A stretch of DNA of 63,001 nt, the filler included, from Collodictyon triciliatum (taxonomy: Eukaryota), in the NCBI GenBank assembly GCA_043381765.1. It is 7 parts of 7 records of this genome, joined end to end, with 100 filler letters (N's around TTAATTAATTAA, not from the genome) between each part and the next. Parts side by side here need not be neighbours in the genome. Positions count along the whole stretch, not along the records: positions 27,068 to 35,981 come from JBHJMP010003235.1; positions 36,082 to 44,993 come from JBHJMP010003236.1; 5 more parts are not named here. One strand, written 5' to 3'. The notes beneath the pieces are model-generated. The model saw nothing but the letters and a program-made list of their open reading frames with translations, did not search any database and was not told the origin of the DNA. This document shows positions 27,068 to 39,871 of the stretch, one piece after another. The translations under genes were made by a program, and so were the position numbers. Numbering within the stretch: position 1 is the stretch's first letter; the number at the start of each line of letters is the position of its first letter.

Positions 27068-27282
27068 TCTTTTATTTTCTTTTCTTTTTTTTTCTTTTCT
27101 TTTCTTTTCTTTTCTTTTCTTTTATTTTCTTTTCTTTTCTTTTCTTTTATTTTCTTTTATTTTCTTTTATTTTCTTTTATTTTCTTTTATTTTCTTTTCT
27201 GTTAGTTCAAGTCAAGCATCTCCCCTCTTGGCCTCAAACAACTCTGCCTACCTCAGTACCTCATTGATCTTCTCCTCTACAA

Positions 27283-30200
27283 ATGGCTGTTGAGCTTCGT
27301 CGTGTGGTTTCTGATGTTCACGAAAGGCCAGTATTGTGCCAGGCTTACAGCGCCTTTTACCGTGAAATATACACCGGCTCAGAAGGTATGACTTTGCCTT
27401 TCGCCATCGACAAAATCCCTTGCGACTGTCCCTTACCCCCCGAACAGAGCTCTATATTATCTACTCTTAAAAGTTCTCGAGTACTTTTTGTCATTTTCAC
27501 AGTTTTTAAACTCATTTTATCTAAATACCTTTTTTTCTTCTTCTCTTTTCTTACATTGTGCTATAAATTGAGGTATTTATGTATATAAAAATGCCAATTT
27601 TCACAAAGAAAAAGGAGGAAAGAGGAATTGTATCAGCTGGTTGGTATTCCGTGTCCTTACCTGACTTTTGGGTGAAAAGAATAGTTGCTCACTCTTACTC
27701 ATAAAATAAATAAAAAAAGACGGATCGATTCGCGCCTGGGATCGTGAAAGCGGCCGGTATATCCGTTGTATCGGCGAGCACAAGGGTTGGGTCACAGGCC
27801 TTCATTTTTAGTATGGTTGCAATGATTTTTTTCTTCACTTGGCATGCTCTATTATTTAAACATTTCCTTTCTTCGATTCAAAGAAACATTTCCTTTATAC
27901 TATTGTATGTCAAGTATTAGGTAGTTATTCTTGTACTATACTAAGTGAGCAAACCCCGATTAATCAGTGCCGATCACAAGATTCTTTTTTCTGCTTCTGT
28001 CGACGGGAAACTCATTGCATGGGGAGTAACTGGAATTTTGCATGAGGAAGATGTAATTATCTTATCATTTGCAGAACGGATATTTCGTTTCCGCCTTTTA
28101 TTACCGCACTTCTAACTTAGTTAAAATGAATCTTGTGTCCTTCTCTATTGGTAGTTGAAAATCCCTATTTATTCAATGGTTTGGGATTCGCGCAGGCAAC
28201 AGCTTATAATTGGTCGGTAACTCTTTTGCCAATTTGTATTACTTTAATACACTTTGTGCGATTTTAACAAGAACGATAAGAGACGAACCTTTCAGGAAGA
28301 ATATTAAAACTATATCCCATTTATTGATTAAAATAATAATCATAAAAGACGAAGAAATAAATCCCCTGTTATGGATATTAAACAATGGTACACTATCGAC
28401 ACAAGTAAATTTCTGAATATAAACTAGGATGTCATTCATACCTTCGAATATTTGTGATACAAAGAGAAAATATTGAGCAGCACAAAAAACCCATTATGAA
28501 GAGAGGCCCTTCAATCTCTATCCATAAGGATGTTATTAGAGGACTCGCTTGTTTTGAAGGCAAAGTCTACTCATCTAGGTTTTTTTCCCTCAATTGCTAA
28601 TTTCAGCGTTATTTGATATATTATCCTCAGCTGTATCTTTCGATCCAACTGATGGAAGGGAAAATATCGTTTCTCTATTGCAACTGTCTAGTTATGATAG
28701 AAGCATTGCGTGCCATGATTCAGAATCGCTGCGGCAGATTGTGTATGCTGAAAATTGCCACACATCTGGAATAACTGCATTGGTTCTAGATACGGATAAC
28801 TCTTGGTATAAACGTATTTTCTGTGTATATTTTCGACTCTAAGAAGTTCACAAAAAGAAGTGACATATACATAATTACTATATGTATTGTTAATCATCTT
28901 CAATATTGGTGTAAAGGATTGTTACTGGGGGATTCGACCGTACTGTTCGGCTCTGGTCGCAGGACTGCAAGTTGTTGCATAAGTTTGACGTATTCAAGTA
29001 TTGTCCTTGCTTATATTTCACTTTCCCTCTGCTTCATTATCAGGAAAATAGAATCTATTTTTTTTTTATTTTTATTTTTTTGCAACGTGTGATTTTTTTT
29101 CTGATATTCACACTTTAATGGACACACATTTTTTTCCATCGATTACATGCAGTGATACGATATGGGGTCTTTGCTATATTTCAATCACTCGTACCTTGTG
29201 GGTAAGTGATAACAGCATAATTCTAACGGCACTAGACCTTCGAACGACTTCAAAAGTATATAAATTATTCCAATATTGAGATAATCCCTCAGGGCTCCCT
29301 TTGGTCATTTGATGAAAGTCTAGTAACTAATTCTCCTGCTTTTTTTCTATGTAAAAAAAGGAAAGTATAACAATCCCTCGATATCCATACAGGTCACTGA
29401 TTTTATCACCGACAAGTTTCTTAAGAAGCCAAAAAACGAAGAAGAAGCACTTGTCTATCAAAGATTATTTTGGATTCCTGAAGTAGTTTTATAATATATC
29501 TTCATTGTTGTATTGTTTGGAATAATAACAATCAAATCTCAAAGCTACAAGAGATGCTTGCATTCACGAGCCAGAGAAATCTTGTTTTTTGGCGGTATAA
29601 CCCCTGTGCGGCATTAAGCATATGCCGAGGACATACAGATGGGATCGAAACTATATCTTACTGTAAGAATAATTCATTTTACTGTGCCTCTCGGCGAATC
29701 TAAAGCATACGCCTGCAAATGTAGCTCATCGGCTGGCAGACATTCAAATATTCAGTGGTGGTGCAGACGGGCTTGTTAGAAAATGGGAGCCGATGCAGCT
29801 TAACTCGCACATATATAGGTTTTTTTCCTTTATTCGATTCAAAGTGTAGCGAGGTTATGCCATACAATTGCACATATATAGGTTGATCTTTCATTTTATT
29901 GGGTAATCTTCTTTTATTTTCTTCGATATTGAGATAAATTGCCTAACAATTTTAATATATACATCAGTCCTGAGGTGATTATTACCCATTCTGGTATCGC
30001 AGTATGTTCTGCTTTTAGCGACACCGAGGAAATGTTGATTGTTGCTTTGAATGACAACTCTATCAGTACGTTCCCAGCGAACCGACCAGTGTTCTAATCA
30101 CCTAAAAAAAATCTTGGTCTATCATTCACGTGTTCTTTGAATTATGGTCTATTATTTTGTGATTTAGTCTTTCAATGGCGGGAGCCCATTGAAAGAGAAA

Positions 30201-32959
30201 GGCTATTCCAAATAATGTGGTTATTATCTACAGGAATGATGCCTTATGAAAGGGTTTCCCAGAGGCTTACCGAACTGGAGCGCAATAATTCCAACGATCA
30301 CTCGGACCGTGTGTCGTGCTTGAAATGTGTCAACAACATACTTATTAGTACATCTTGGGATGGCTCTTGTCGTTTTTGGGATATTCACAAAAGTATAATT
30401 ACCTCTCTTGATTTTGCTCAACTTTTTCTCATGTCCCTGTTTTGTATTAACTTCTTTTTCTTCTTTCCTTTTTCTTTTTCTTCTTTTTCTTTTTCTTTTT
30501 CTTCTTTTTCTTTTTCTTTTTCTTTTTTCCTCTTTTTTCCTCTTTTTTCCTCTTTTTTCCTCTTTTTTCCTCTTTTTTCCTCTTTTTTCCTCTTTTTTCC
30601 TCTTTTTTCCTCTTTTTTTACACCTTTTTCATGCGATTTTTTTCTATGCATAATATGTTATAGGAGGCCTTATCGAAACTCTCAGACAAGCTCACGACGA
30701 TGCCATTCTATGGGTTGACTATTGCCCAAAAATCAATGCTTTTGCAACCTGTAGCGCAGACCGGCTGATTAAAGTATGGGACTTTGAAAGGAAGACTCTT
30801 CAAGCATCATTTGCAGGGCACACCGCTGAAGTTCAATACGTATTTCTTGATATTATTTTTGTTTGTTCAACTTCGCTTCTTTTTTTCTTTTTTCTTTTTT
30901 CTTTTTTCTTCAGTCATTACAATATCGATAAACGCGTATTTTTTTTCTCACAAGATATTTTGGAATCATCCTTGCAACTGCTGGGTTTCTGGTGCAGAGG
31001 ACAGAACACTTCGATTCTGGGTAAGAAATCACTTTCATTCTGCCTGGATTTTCATACATATTTTATAAAATTAGAACTGTGGATAAATACATATTAACAA
31101 AAAAATATATATGATTGACCTGGATTTTCTTTGTACTTTACATTCAGACAATAGATGGGAAGCAAGCATATGATATCATCGAAACAAAAGGAGAAGCCAT
31201 CACAGCTATGTGCGTTGATAAGGTGTTTTTTTTTTAATAATATGAAAGCTATTATGAGATTCATATTTTAAAATATGTAAGGATAAGGTTTTTCTTCGGT
31301 ATTTGGTTATGTGCTCTTTCTTCTTTTCTTTTCTTTTCTTTTCTTTTCTTTTCTTTTCTTTTCTTTTCTTTTCTTTTCTTTTCTTTTCTTTTCTTTTCTT
31401 TTCTTTTCTTTTCTTTTCTTTTCTTTTCTTCCCTTTCCTTTCCTTTCCTTTCCTTTCCCTTCTTTTCCTTTCCTTTCCTTTTTCATTTAAAAAAATGGTA
31501 AATGAACGCTTGTGGACATTAAGGTATCCGGTTACATCATTGTCGCTCTTCGTGATAAAGTCATCTACATATTTGACCCAAGAACCAACAGTGTATGTGC
31601 CTTTACAAATCTTGTGAGCATGTCCCATACTCTAAATTGCTTCATTGGATTTAATCATGTAATTAAATATCTATTTTAAAAAATATGAATAGATGGTTCA
31701 GTCGTATGCGGGACACAAAGATGAAATACGGTGTATACTGCATGTCCCTGAACTTGGTCAGGTGCGCTCGAAGCAAGATAACTCCTCATCAAACTCTAGT
31801 TACATATACGTCTCACGTAAAGATATATTGAAATAGCATCACCTCCATATGCGTAAAAGAAAAAAAAACTCTCCTCCGATATTACAGTATATCACATCTT
31901 CATGGGACCACACGATTCGGATATGGCACGCATACAAGGACAAATTCAATACGCGGTTGCGACACATGGTTCGAATGGCTGCTGAATATGCTCAGAAGGA
32001 AGATGAATCAGAGGATGATGTATAGTACATTTGCCAAGAAATTATATTTCAAAGGCTTGTTTACGTGTTCCTTTATGTAATGTATCATTTCGTTTAAGAA
32101 AGAAAAATGCCGCTTAGGATTTCCGACCATTCCGAAAGGACTTTCCTCTTGTGCAACCTCGGAGTATGACTCTGATGACGGTGGACAGATCAATTGAGAA
32201 CATCATTACCGAAGAGCCCAAAGCGCGTGTAGGCTTCAATCCTCATTTGAATATTACATGGAGTGGAATTGCGGAAATACCACCCATTTGCCACAAAGAA
32301 AATAAGTTGTGATTCACCCTATAGAGTGAAAAGACAGTGACCATCAAGAAAAAGAAGTCGACCACCCCAAATGCAATCAATTATGTCGACCGACTGACTC
32401 AGCGCTTGGCCGAAATAGATTCTCAAATCGCCCACCGCGAAGTAAAGTCCTTTCACATTTAATAATAACAGAAACCTCCCTTTCTGTAAAAAGACACGTA
32501 AGACAATATTATTTTACAAACACGATACCCACTCGCTGGCACCATCATCGAATGAAAATAAAGAAAATAATAAATGAATATTAATCTATATTTCACAAAC
32601 AGCACGCAGCACAAGCGACTGTTCCTTCCCTTTCATTCCAGTCACACGCACCGCATATCCAAACACGTCCGGTTTCCCTTTCCACAACATCAAAACCAAA
32701 CGGCGGGCGTCTTTCATCCCGCGGAGCAAAGTGAGTTTTTTGGTTGTATTTTTTTTCTTTTTTTGGTTTTTCTGCTCATACCACCATTCATATATCTATC
32801 ATCACGATTTATCTAATTTGACTTCCTCATTCTATTGATGGATTTAGCCAGCAGACCTTGAACACAAGTCTTGGTGCACAGCCTAGCACAGCGGCTGCAC
32901 GGCGGACAAGTCAGCTCCGGGCCTCTCCAGCAAAATGGTCCCCGCCGCCATCGTCGTAG
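27283..32959 (+). CDS. Large WD40-repeat protein (>10 repeats, probably two propellers) with a low-complexity tail, >20 exons
   Basis: Exons join in frame by GT-AG: TGSEDGSIRAWD, SASVDGKLIAW, TGGFDRTVRLW, SGGADGLVRKW, STSWDGSCRFWD, TCSADRLIKVWD, SGAEDRTLRFW, TSSWDHTIRIW. Stop is TAG at 32957-32959. Confidence 0.88.
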
Positions 32960-33638
32960 ACAAACAATTACTTTCCTTTCCTTTTCTTTTCTTTTCTGGC
33001 TGTTTATCTTTTTCTGTTTCTTAGCCTCTTGTCTTTTGTAAGTATGATGAACATCTCAAGAAATCTGGCTCTTTTTTTTTTAAAAAAAAAAAAACAAAAA
33101 AGCAAAATACAGTGTCTCCATAAACTAATCAGTCTACTTTTCATAAAAAAAAAAAAAATTAGTTAAGTACGTTCTTCTAGGTTTGCATGTATGAACGATA
33201 TTCTCTATCATTATTTGTTGGGACGATATCTTCTGGCTCTGTTGCATTTGACACACGAATAGATTTGCTGGATATGTTTTCTTTAGCCAACGAAAAGAGA
33301 GAAGGAAGGAAGGAAGGATTGTGGGTGAGGCGGCTGATTATGTGAATGGGTGCCCTGAGACTGGTGCCTCCTATCATGCCAAGAGGTACTCAGGCAAAAC
33401 AGCAAAGAAGGTAGATGCAAAAGAAAGAACGATGGGTGGATGAATGGATGGAAGAAAGCATTGAAAGAAAACAGGTAGAGGGTCAGGAAGGTGAAGAACA
33501 GAAGGCAGTGCAACACTGCACAGAAAAGAGGATGGGCAAGTCATTGAGTGGTGTTTTTGTTCTTTCTTTTCTTTTTTCATATTTCCTTCCTGTGCAGATG
33601 GTGCAGATCAAAGACATTGGTTCAAAGGTCTCTGCAGG

Positions 33639-34919
33639 TTACATGACGACGAGGCCGAAGCGGGGGTCTGACACAAGCGATGAATGCGGCCATTTGGCAG
33701 GGGCGCTGTTTCTCTGCACGATGACGCCCTTCAAATCAGCCAGTTGGTCACGCAGCAGACGATTCTCTACATCCAGGGTGATTAGCTGCTGCTGGAACGA
33801 CTCTCGCTGCTCTTGCAATGTCCTCATCTGCTCTTCCAGTCTCTGGATGTATGCCTATGGCGCAAGATATGGATATGTCAGAAGGGGGAAAGATACGGCC
33901 GCAGATGATGTGAAATGCTAGAGTTATTTGGTCACTGGAAAAGATGATGGTGATGGTGATGGTGATGACGGCAACATAAAAAATGGAAAAAATTAACAGA
34001 AGGTGGCCCTAAAAGAAACCTTCTTGCGCTGACGTGCTTTCCGAGAGGCCTCCTTCGACTTTGAATACTTTTTGATGGGGACTGCCAAACATCTGGAGCG
34101 GGTGGCCATGTCTGTGGCATCGCCGGAGGAAGAATGGGAGGAATGAGAGGCCGACAGCTGCTCCGAGTCCAGACAGGTCTTTGGCGAGTGTTTGTTCTCG
34201 GCCTTTGCAGCGGGGAAGCCGTCTCTGAGATCAACAATGGGCTGAAACACCACGCGCGGGGCGGGCGAGTCGAGGGCCAAAGAAGACGGCATCATCGGAT
34301 AGACCGCAGCCGCGTCTGTTTGGGGCTGCGGCAACTGCAGCTGAATCTGCGAATGGTGCGGGAAGTGGAGCGGAAAGAGCTGCGCATAGAAGCGCGCAGG
34401 ATCACCCAGCGAGAGACTTTGCGGGTAAGTTTGTGCTTGTGCTTGTACTTGTGGTTGTACTTGTACTTGTGGTTGTGATTGTGTCTGCGGGTATATGACT
34501 CGTTGTGTTTGCGGAAGGCCCGTGCTTGTGGGGTCGAGCAGAGTGTGAGCGGCAGTCAGATCGATCGGATCGGCCAGAAACGGATCGGTCAGACTCCACA
34601 GCAGACCTGCGTGACTCTGCGCCTGCGTCTGGATAAAAGGCTGTGCATTTGCTGAGGTTTGAGTCGAAGTCGAAAGAGGTGTCTGTGTTTGTGACTGGAG
34701 ATGAATCTGCGGCCCGAGTGCAAAGGACGGCGCGGCCCAAGAGACAAGCGGCAAACCCTCGAGCAGCGGCACATCGGTTGGGTTCCACGGGAATGACTCC
34801 CACTGAGCTGAGCCGCTGCCGCAGGCGGACTCGAGAACGGCATGGTCGATTGCAAAGGCCTCGGCCAGGGCTTGGAAGGGATGGCCTCCAACTTGCTTGG
34901 TGGTGTCGCCAAAGCACAT
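33639..34919 (-). CDS. bZIP transcription factor (Q/P-rich N-terminus, basic region, leucine zipper)
   Basis: The intron at 33855-34019 joins ...KSKEASRKARQRKK to AYIQRLEEQMRTLQEQRESFQQQLITLDVENRLLRDQLADL (heptad Leu). The start codon is uncertain. Confidence 0.85.
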
Positions 34920-35872
34920 GATGTGTGCGCGCTTATCTGATCTGCCCAGCAGAAGGGTTTATTGAGGGGAGGAAGTTAGTCTCATTAGGTGGTTTGTTTG
35001 TGGGGTGATTTGTGTTGGGGCAGATCCCTGCAAGAAGGGCACAGTCCGCCAAAAAGCTGATTGATCTCGTGATCGTGTGGGGATTATCTGTTTCTGTCGG
35101 TTTTTCCCTCTCCGAAAAATTTCCTCGATTTCCGTCTCGTTGCTAAATTGGGCGTTTCTCCCTTTTTTCCGAGGATTTTTTTTTTCAGAAGGCCGTTTTT
35201 GAGGTTTATTCCAGGAATCCGTCCGTAAAGGTATCAGTGGGTTCTGTAAGTTTTCTGAAGTCAAAAAAAGCACCCGACCAAAAATATGAATAGAAAATTC
35301 CAAAAAAATGGGTATTCAATGAATTTTGTTTTGTTAGAGTACGGAATATTACACAGATTCGCAATTTATTTACAATTGTTTCCATAATTAATCAAATCAA
35401 ATGAATTTAAAGAGAAAATATTCATTATAGGATATGTTTCATTCCTTTGTTGTTTGGGAGAACCGTTGGTGGCGTGTTACCTCATAAAGGCGTGGCGTGA
35501 CAAATGTCGACGTGTTCATATGCCTTTGGCTTTTAATTGGCTTGCTTGAATCTGGAAGAAGGCTCAAAGGAGATATGTCGTCACAGTGCTCCATGGTGAC
35601 GCCAACAAAGGGCGCTATTTTATATATAATATATAATATTCCATATGTTACTATATGTTTCATTTAATTGAAATTTTAAACATTAAATAATAAATATTAT
35701 AAAATAATAAATAATTTCCACATGGAATTTACTCAATTGGTATGTGATAAAAATATGATCCGCTGGGTCTAACAAATATCACGAAGTCGCCCAACAGACC
35801 GAACATTCGAAAACGAAAAGCGAGGACAAGCTGGTTGTTAAACTGTAATAAAGTCAGACGAATAAAACAATT

Positions 35873-35981
35873 ATAACAAAGAAAACAAAGAAAACAAAGA
35901 AAACAAAGAAAACAAAGAAAACAAAGAAAACAAAGAAAACAAAGAAAACAAAGAAAACAAAGAAAACAAAGAAAACAAAGA
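35873..35981. repeat. (AAACAAAGA)n 9-mer repeat at contig end
   Basis: Directly visible. Confidence 0.95.
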
Positions 35982-36081
35982 NNNNNNNNNNNNNNNNNNN
36001 NNNNNNNNNNNNNNNNNNNNNNNNNTTAATTAATTAANNNNNNNNNNNNNNNNNNNNNNNNNNNNNNNNNNNNNNNNNNNN
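35982..36081. other. Artificial contig linker
   Basis: N44-TTAATTAATTAA-N44. Confidence 0.98.
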
Positions 36082-36355
36082 TTTCTTTTTTCTTTCTTTT
36101 TTTCTTTCTTTTTTTCTTTCTTTTTTTCTTTCTTTTTTTCTTTCTTTTTTTCTTTCTTTTTTTCTTTCTTTTTTTCTTTCATCTCACTAATTCCTTTTTT
36201 TCTTTCTTTTTTTCTTCCTTTCTCTTTCTTTTCTCTTTCATTTCTTTTTTTCTCTCCGTTGCTTTTTTTTTGTTCCATAACCTAACGAAGGCAACCAACA
36301 CTGCTGTAACTCCCTATCCCTGCTTAAGCAGTGAGCACAAACTAGTCTGTGCCAA

Positions 36356-39300
36356 ATGGAAGGACTCGGAAAGCGACCAGCAGAGAGCACAGATTCTCCC
36401 ACTTCACCGCAGTCAAAAAGGTCGGTTCTAGCAAATCAAATCAGAACAGAGCAAATCAGAACAAAACAGAATAGTACAGTACAAAAGAAAACAAAACCAA
36501 AAAGAAAAAAAGAAAGAAAGAAAGACACCTCGAAACCAACAAGCCAACAACACCATCAAAACCTCAGACGGAGCGGATTCCCAGCACCCGGCGACTGGAG
36601 CCCGTCCTCGTGGCGCGATAAGCCAGCCAAGCAAATGCCGATATATCCCGACCCGACCGCTGTCACAGCCGCCACCGATACTCTGCAGTCACTGCCACCA
36701 CTGGTCAGAACCCCCGTGCCAATCAGCTGTCATCTCACAAAGACTTCTGCCGACTCTTTCTTCCCGATCTTCGGCTGTTCTCCTGATTCGAAACTATAAA
36801 CAGGTCCACGCCGGCGAAGTTGACGCACTGAAGGAGGCGCTGAAGGAAGCTGCCCGCGGAAAGCGGTTTCTTCTGCAGGTGCGCACTATTATCCCCCTTA
36901 TGATTTGCCTGTTGAAACTCGAGCACACTCAATAGAATGTCGTAAATAATAATAATGATAACAACAACAACAACAAAAACAAAGAAAAAATATTTACTAA
37001 ATTTTAACCACGATGCGATAGGGTGGAGACTGCGCCGAGGCTTTCAAAGACTGCAACTCGACAGTTATTGAGGGCAAATTGAAGGTTATTCTTCAGATGA
37101 GCCTGATTCTTACATGGGGTGCTCGCATCCCACTTGTTCGAGTTGCTCGCATAGCTGGCCAATTTGCAAAGCCGCGGTCTGTATTTTTCATTATGCATCA
37201 TTCCATTCTAACTATAATGCATAACAGTCCGCCAGCGCGCACATCGTAATATCCTTACGTATAATGTCACTACCAAGAGAATGCACACATGGCGGGGAAT
37301 CTCATGTGTCTCCAAAAAAAAAAAAAAACCAAGGAGTAAACACGCCAATTCAAAGAGACAGATCGACCAACATCATATTCATTCGCCCAGGTCCAAGCCA
37401 ACCGAAGTCATCGAAGGGAAAGAATATCCTGCTTACCGTGGAGACAACGTCAATGGGATGGGCCTTACCGAACGCGAACCAGATCCTAATCGCATGCTCC
37501 AGGCGTATTTTTACTCATCGAGCACACTCAACTACATCCGCGCGTCCCTTGGAGGAGGCATGGCCGACATTCGGAATCCGCAGCACTGGGATTTGGTTCT
37601 GATGCATATCCACTTATTTATTACGCACTCTTCTGTTTATAACATACTAGTTTATCCCCAGCGACTGAATCCTATCTTGTTTTTCCCATTGTGAAATTGC
37701 ATCATATTGAAGAAAAAAAAACCATAAGATAATGGAATAGTTTATTTATTATCAAAACTTATATTACCGTCTTGTAGAATTTCTTCCGGTGCGACCATAG
37801 AAGACTTGAGTATGAGGCCGTGGTGGAACAAATCCTCGACTCATTGGACTTTTTGAAAACCATAGACTCTACCCCTTCAAACTCGTCCCTTCGAAGTGTG
37901 GACATCTACACATCCCATGAAGGCCTATTACTTCCATACGAAGAGGCGCTCACCAGAAGAGTTGGAAACAAATACTACAATCTAAGGTTCGGTCCACCCA
38001 CCTACTCACGTATATTGTTCGCATATTCTTCCTTTCAATTTGGGACATAACATTCAAAAGCAACCCCGAAACCACAGCATGTTATGTGTTAAGGCCAGGT
38101 AACCATTTCATCAACGATTTCTGTTCGACTCTCTTTTTTCCCCCTTGCTGTAGTGGCCACTTTCTGTGGATTGGAGACCGCACGCGTGACCTCGAAGGCG
38201 CTCACGTCGAATATTTCAGAGGAATAACAAATCCCATCGGCATCAAAGTTGGGCCAACTACGAATGCAGTTGAGCTGGTGGATCTGCTTCGGTATTCACC
38301 TGTAAAATTTGTGCGACTTGTGCTTCCTTTTCCTTTCATCATAAACGTTCTCGCACTTGATACTTCCATCCTTTATTTAAAAAAGAAGGCCGAAGGCTGC
38401 ACAAAATCAAATCATATTCTCTCAAGTTATTAAAATATTGCCACGCTCTCATCCTGTCGTATCTATTCACACGTGCTTATTGTTCTGTTCTTGTCAGGAA
38501 ATCATTCGTAAATCACATTTGTACTCACCACCGCACCTTGTGCTATAAGGAAAATAAACCCCTACAACGAGGAAGGGCGTGTGACTCTCATCAGCCGCAT
38601 GGGCGCCACAAAAGTATCAGACTTTTTACCTCCAATCATCACTGCTGTCCGTGAAGTACGTACTTTATACCAGAAGCATGCTTCATAACAACAACAATCG
38701 TGCACACATAACTGGTTCATATCACGTCCGACTCTGCTAAATCACGATCTCAGCACACTATTTTTCAGTAATCGATACGCAAATATTAACCAGTAACAAA
38801 AATATAAAAAAAAAAAATGCGATGGTTATGTCATTCATAAAAAACAACAAACAAATCGGTGATAATCATCAGGCTGACCTGAATGTTGTCTGGTCGTGTG
38901 ACCCAATGCATGGCAACACCACTGTCACAGAATCTGGATTCAAGACTCGCAACTTTGACGATGTGATTCAAGAAATCCACCAAACTTTCAAGGCCCACGA
39001 GTCCGTTGGAAGTACTCTAAACGGAGTGCATCTTGAACTTACTGGTCTTTATTGCTATTCAGTTACATACACAGAGGCATGATATCGCAACACATTCATA
39101 ATCCAAGCAATATCAACCAAGCCTCACCGAAGGCTCGAGTACCACCAACCAGACTCTTTCGTAGGTGACAATGTGACGGAGTGTGTTGGCGGCCCGCAGG
39201 AACTGGATGAGAGTCACCTGCCCGAAAACTACACAACACATTGCGACCCGCGTCTCAACTATGCGCAGAGTCTCGAGGTTCAGTACCTATCAACTATGAT

Positions 39301-39581
39301 TATTAGTTTTTGATTATTGATTTTTGATTATTGATTTTTGATTATTGATTTTTGATTATTGATTTTTGATTATTGATTATTGATTATTGATTATTGTGTA
39401 TCCAATGCCAAATGCGATACATCGACTGTCAATTCTTCGCGATGGACTGTCCACAAGAGGCTCGGACTGACTCTCACATCCCACAAATGCGCCACAGGTT
39501 GCTTTCCTGCTTGCCAAACATCTCAAGAAAGATCGCATTCAGCGGCACGGCTCGCATCACAATCTTCGGCTACTCGCGTGA
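36356..39581 (+). CDS. Class II DAHP synthase (phospho-2-dehydro-3-deoxyheptonate aldolase), 11 exons
   Basis: [96 protein letters not shown]. All introns are GT-AG; TGA at 39579-39581. Confidence 0.96.
39297..39395. repeat. Intronic (TTTTTGATTATTGA)n repeat
   Basis: Directly visible. Confidence 0.85.
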
Positions 39582-39871
39582 TTTCGCTCGCTTCGATGGC
39601 TCTCTTTCTTTCTCTGTGGCCTTCCGTGTCGATGTAGACGGAGAAACAGATACATTTTTATAGTAATAAAAAAAAAAAAAGAAAAAGGATCAAATAAAAC
39701 ATGAATACAAAAGAAAAAGGAAGAGAAGAGAAGAGAAAGAAAAAAAAAACGGAAGGATGGTGCGGCGTTGTTCAAGCAAAAAAGCTGGAGAGAATTGTGC
39801 GTGACGAATGAAATGAAGTGACAAAGACCTTGACAAGGAGGACACAAATCCGTGAAAAGAACTCTTGAAGA

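Noticed and set aside
35460-35620. Imperfect inverted repeats suggesting a MITE or structured RNA
   Set aside because: The matches are short and gapped, with no target-site duplication and no second copy in the window.
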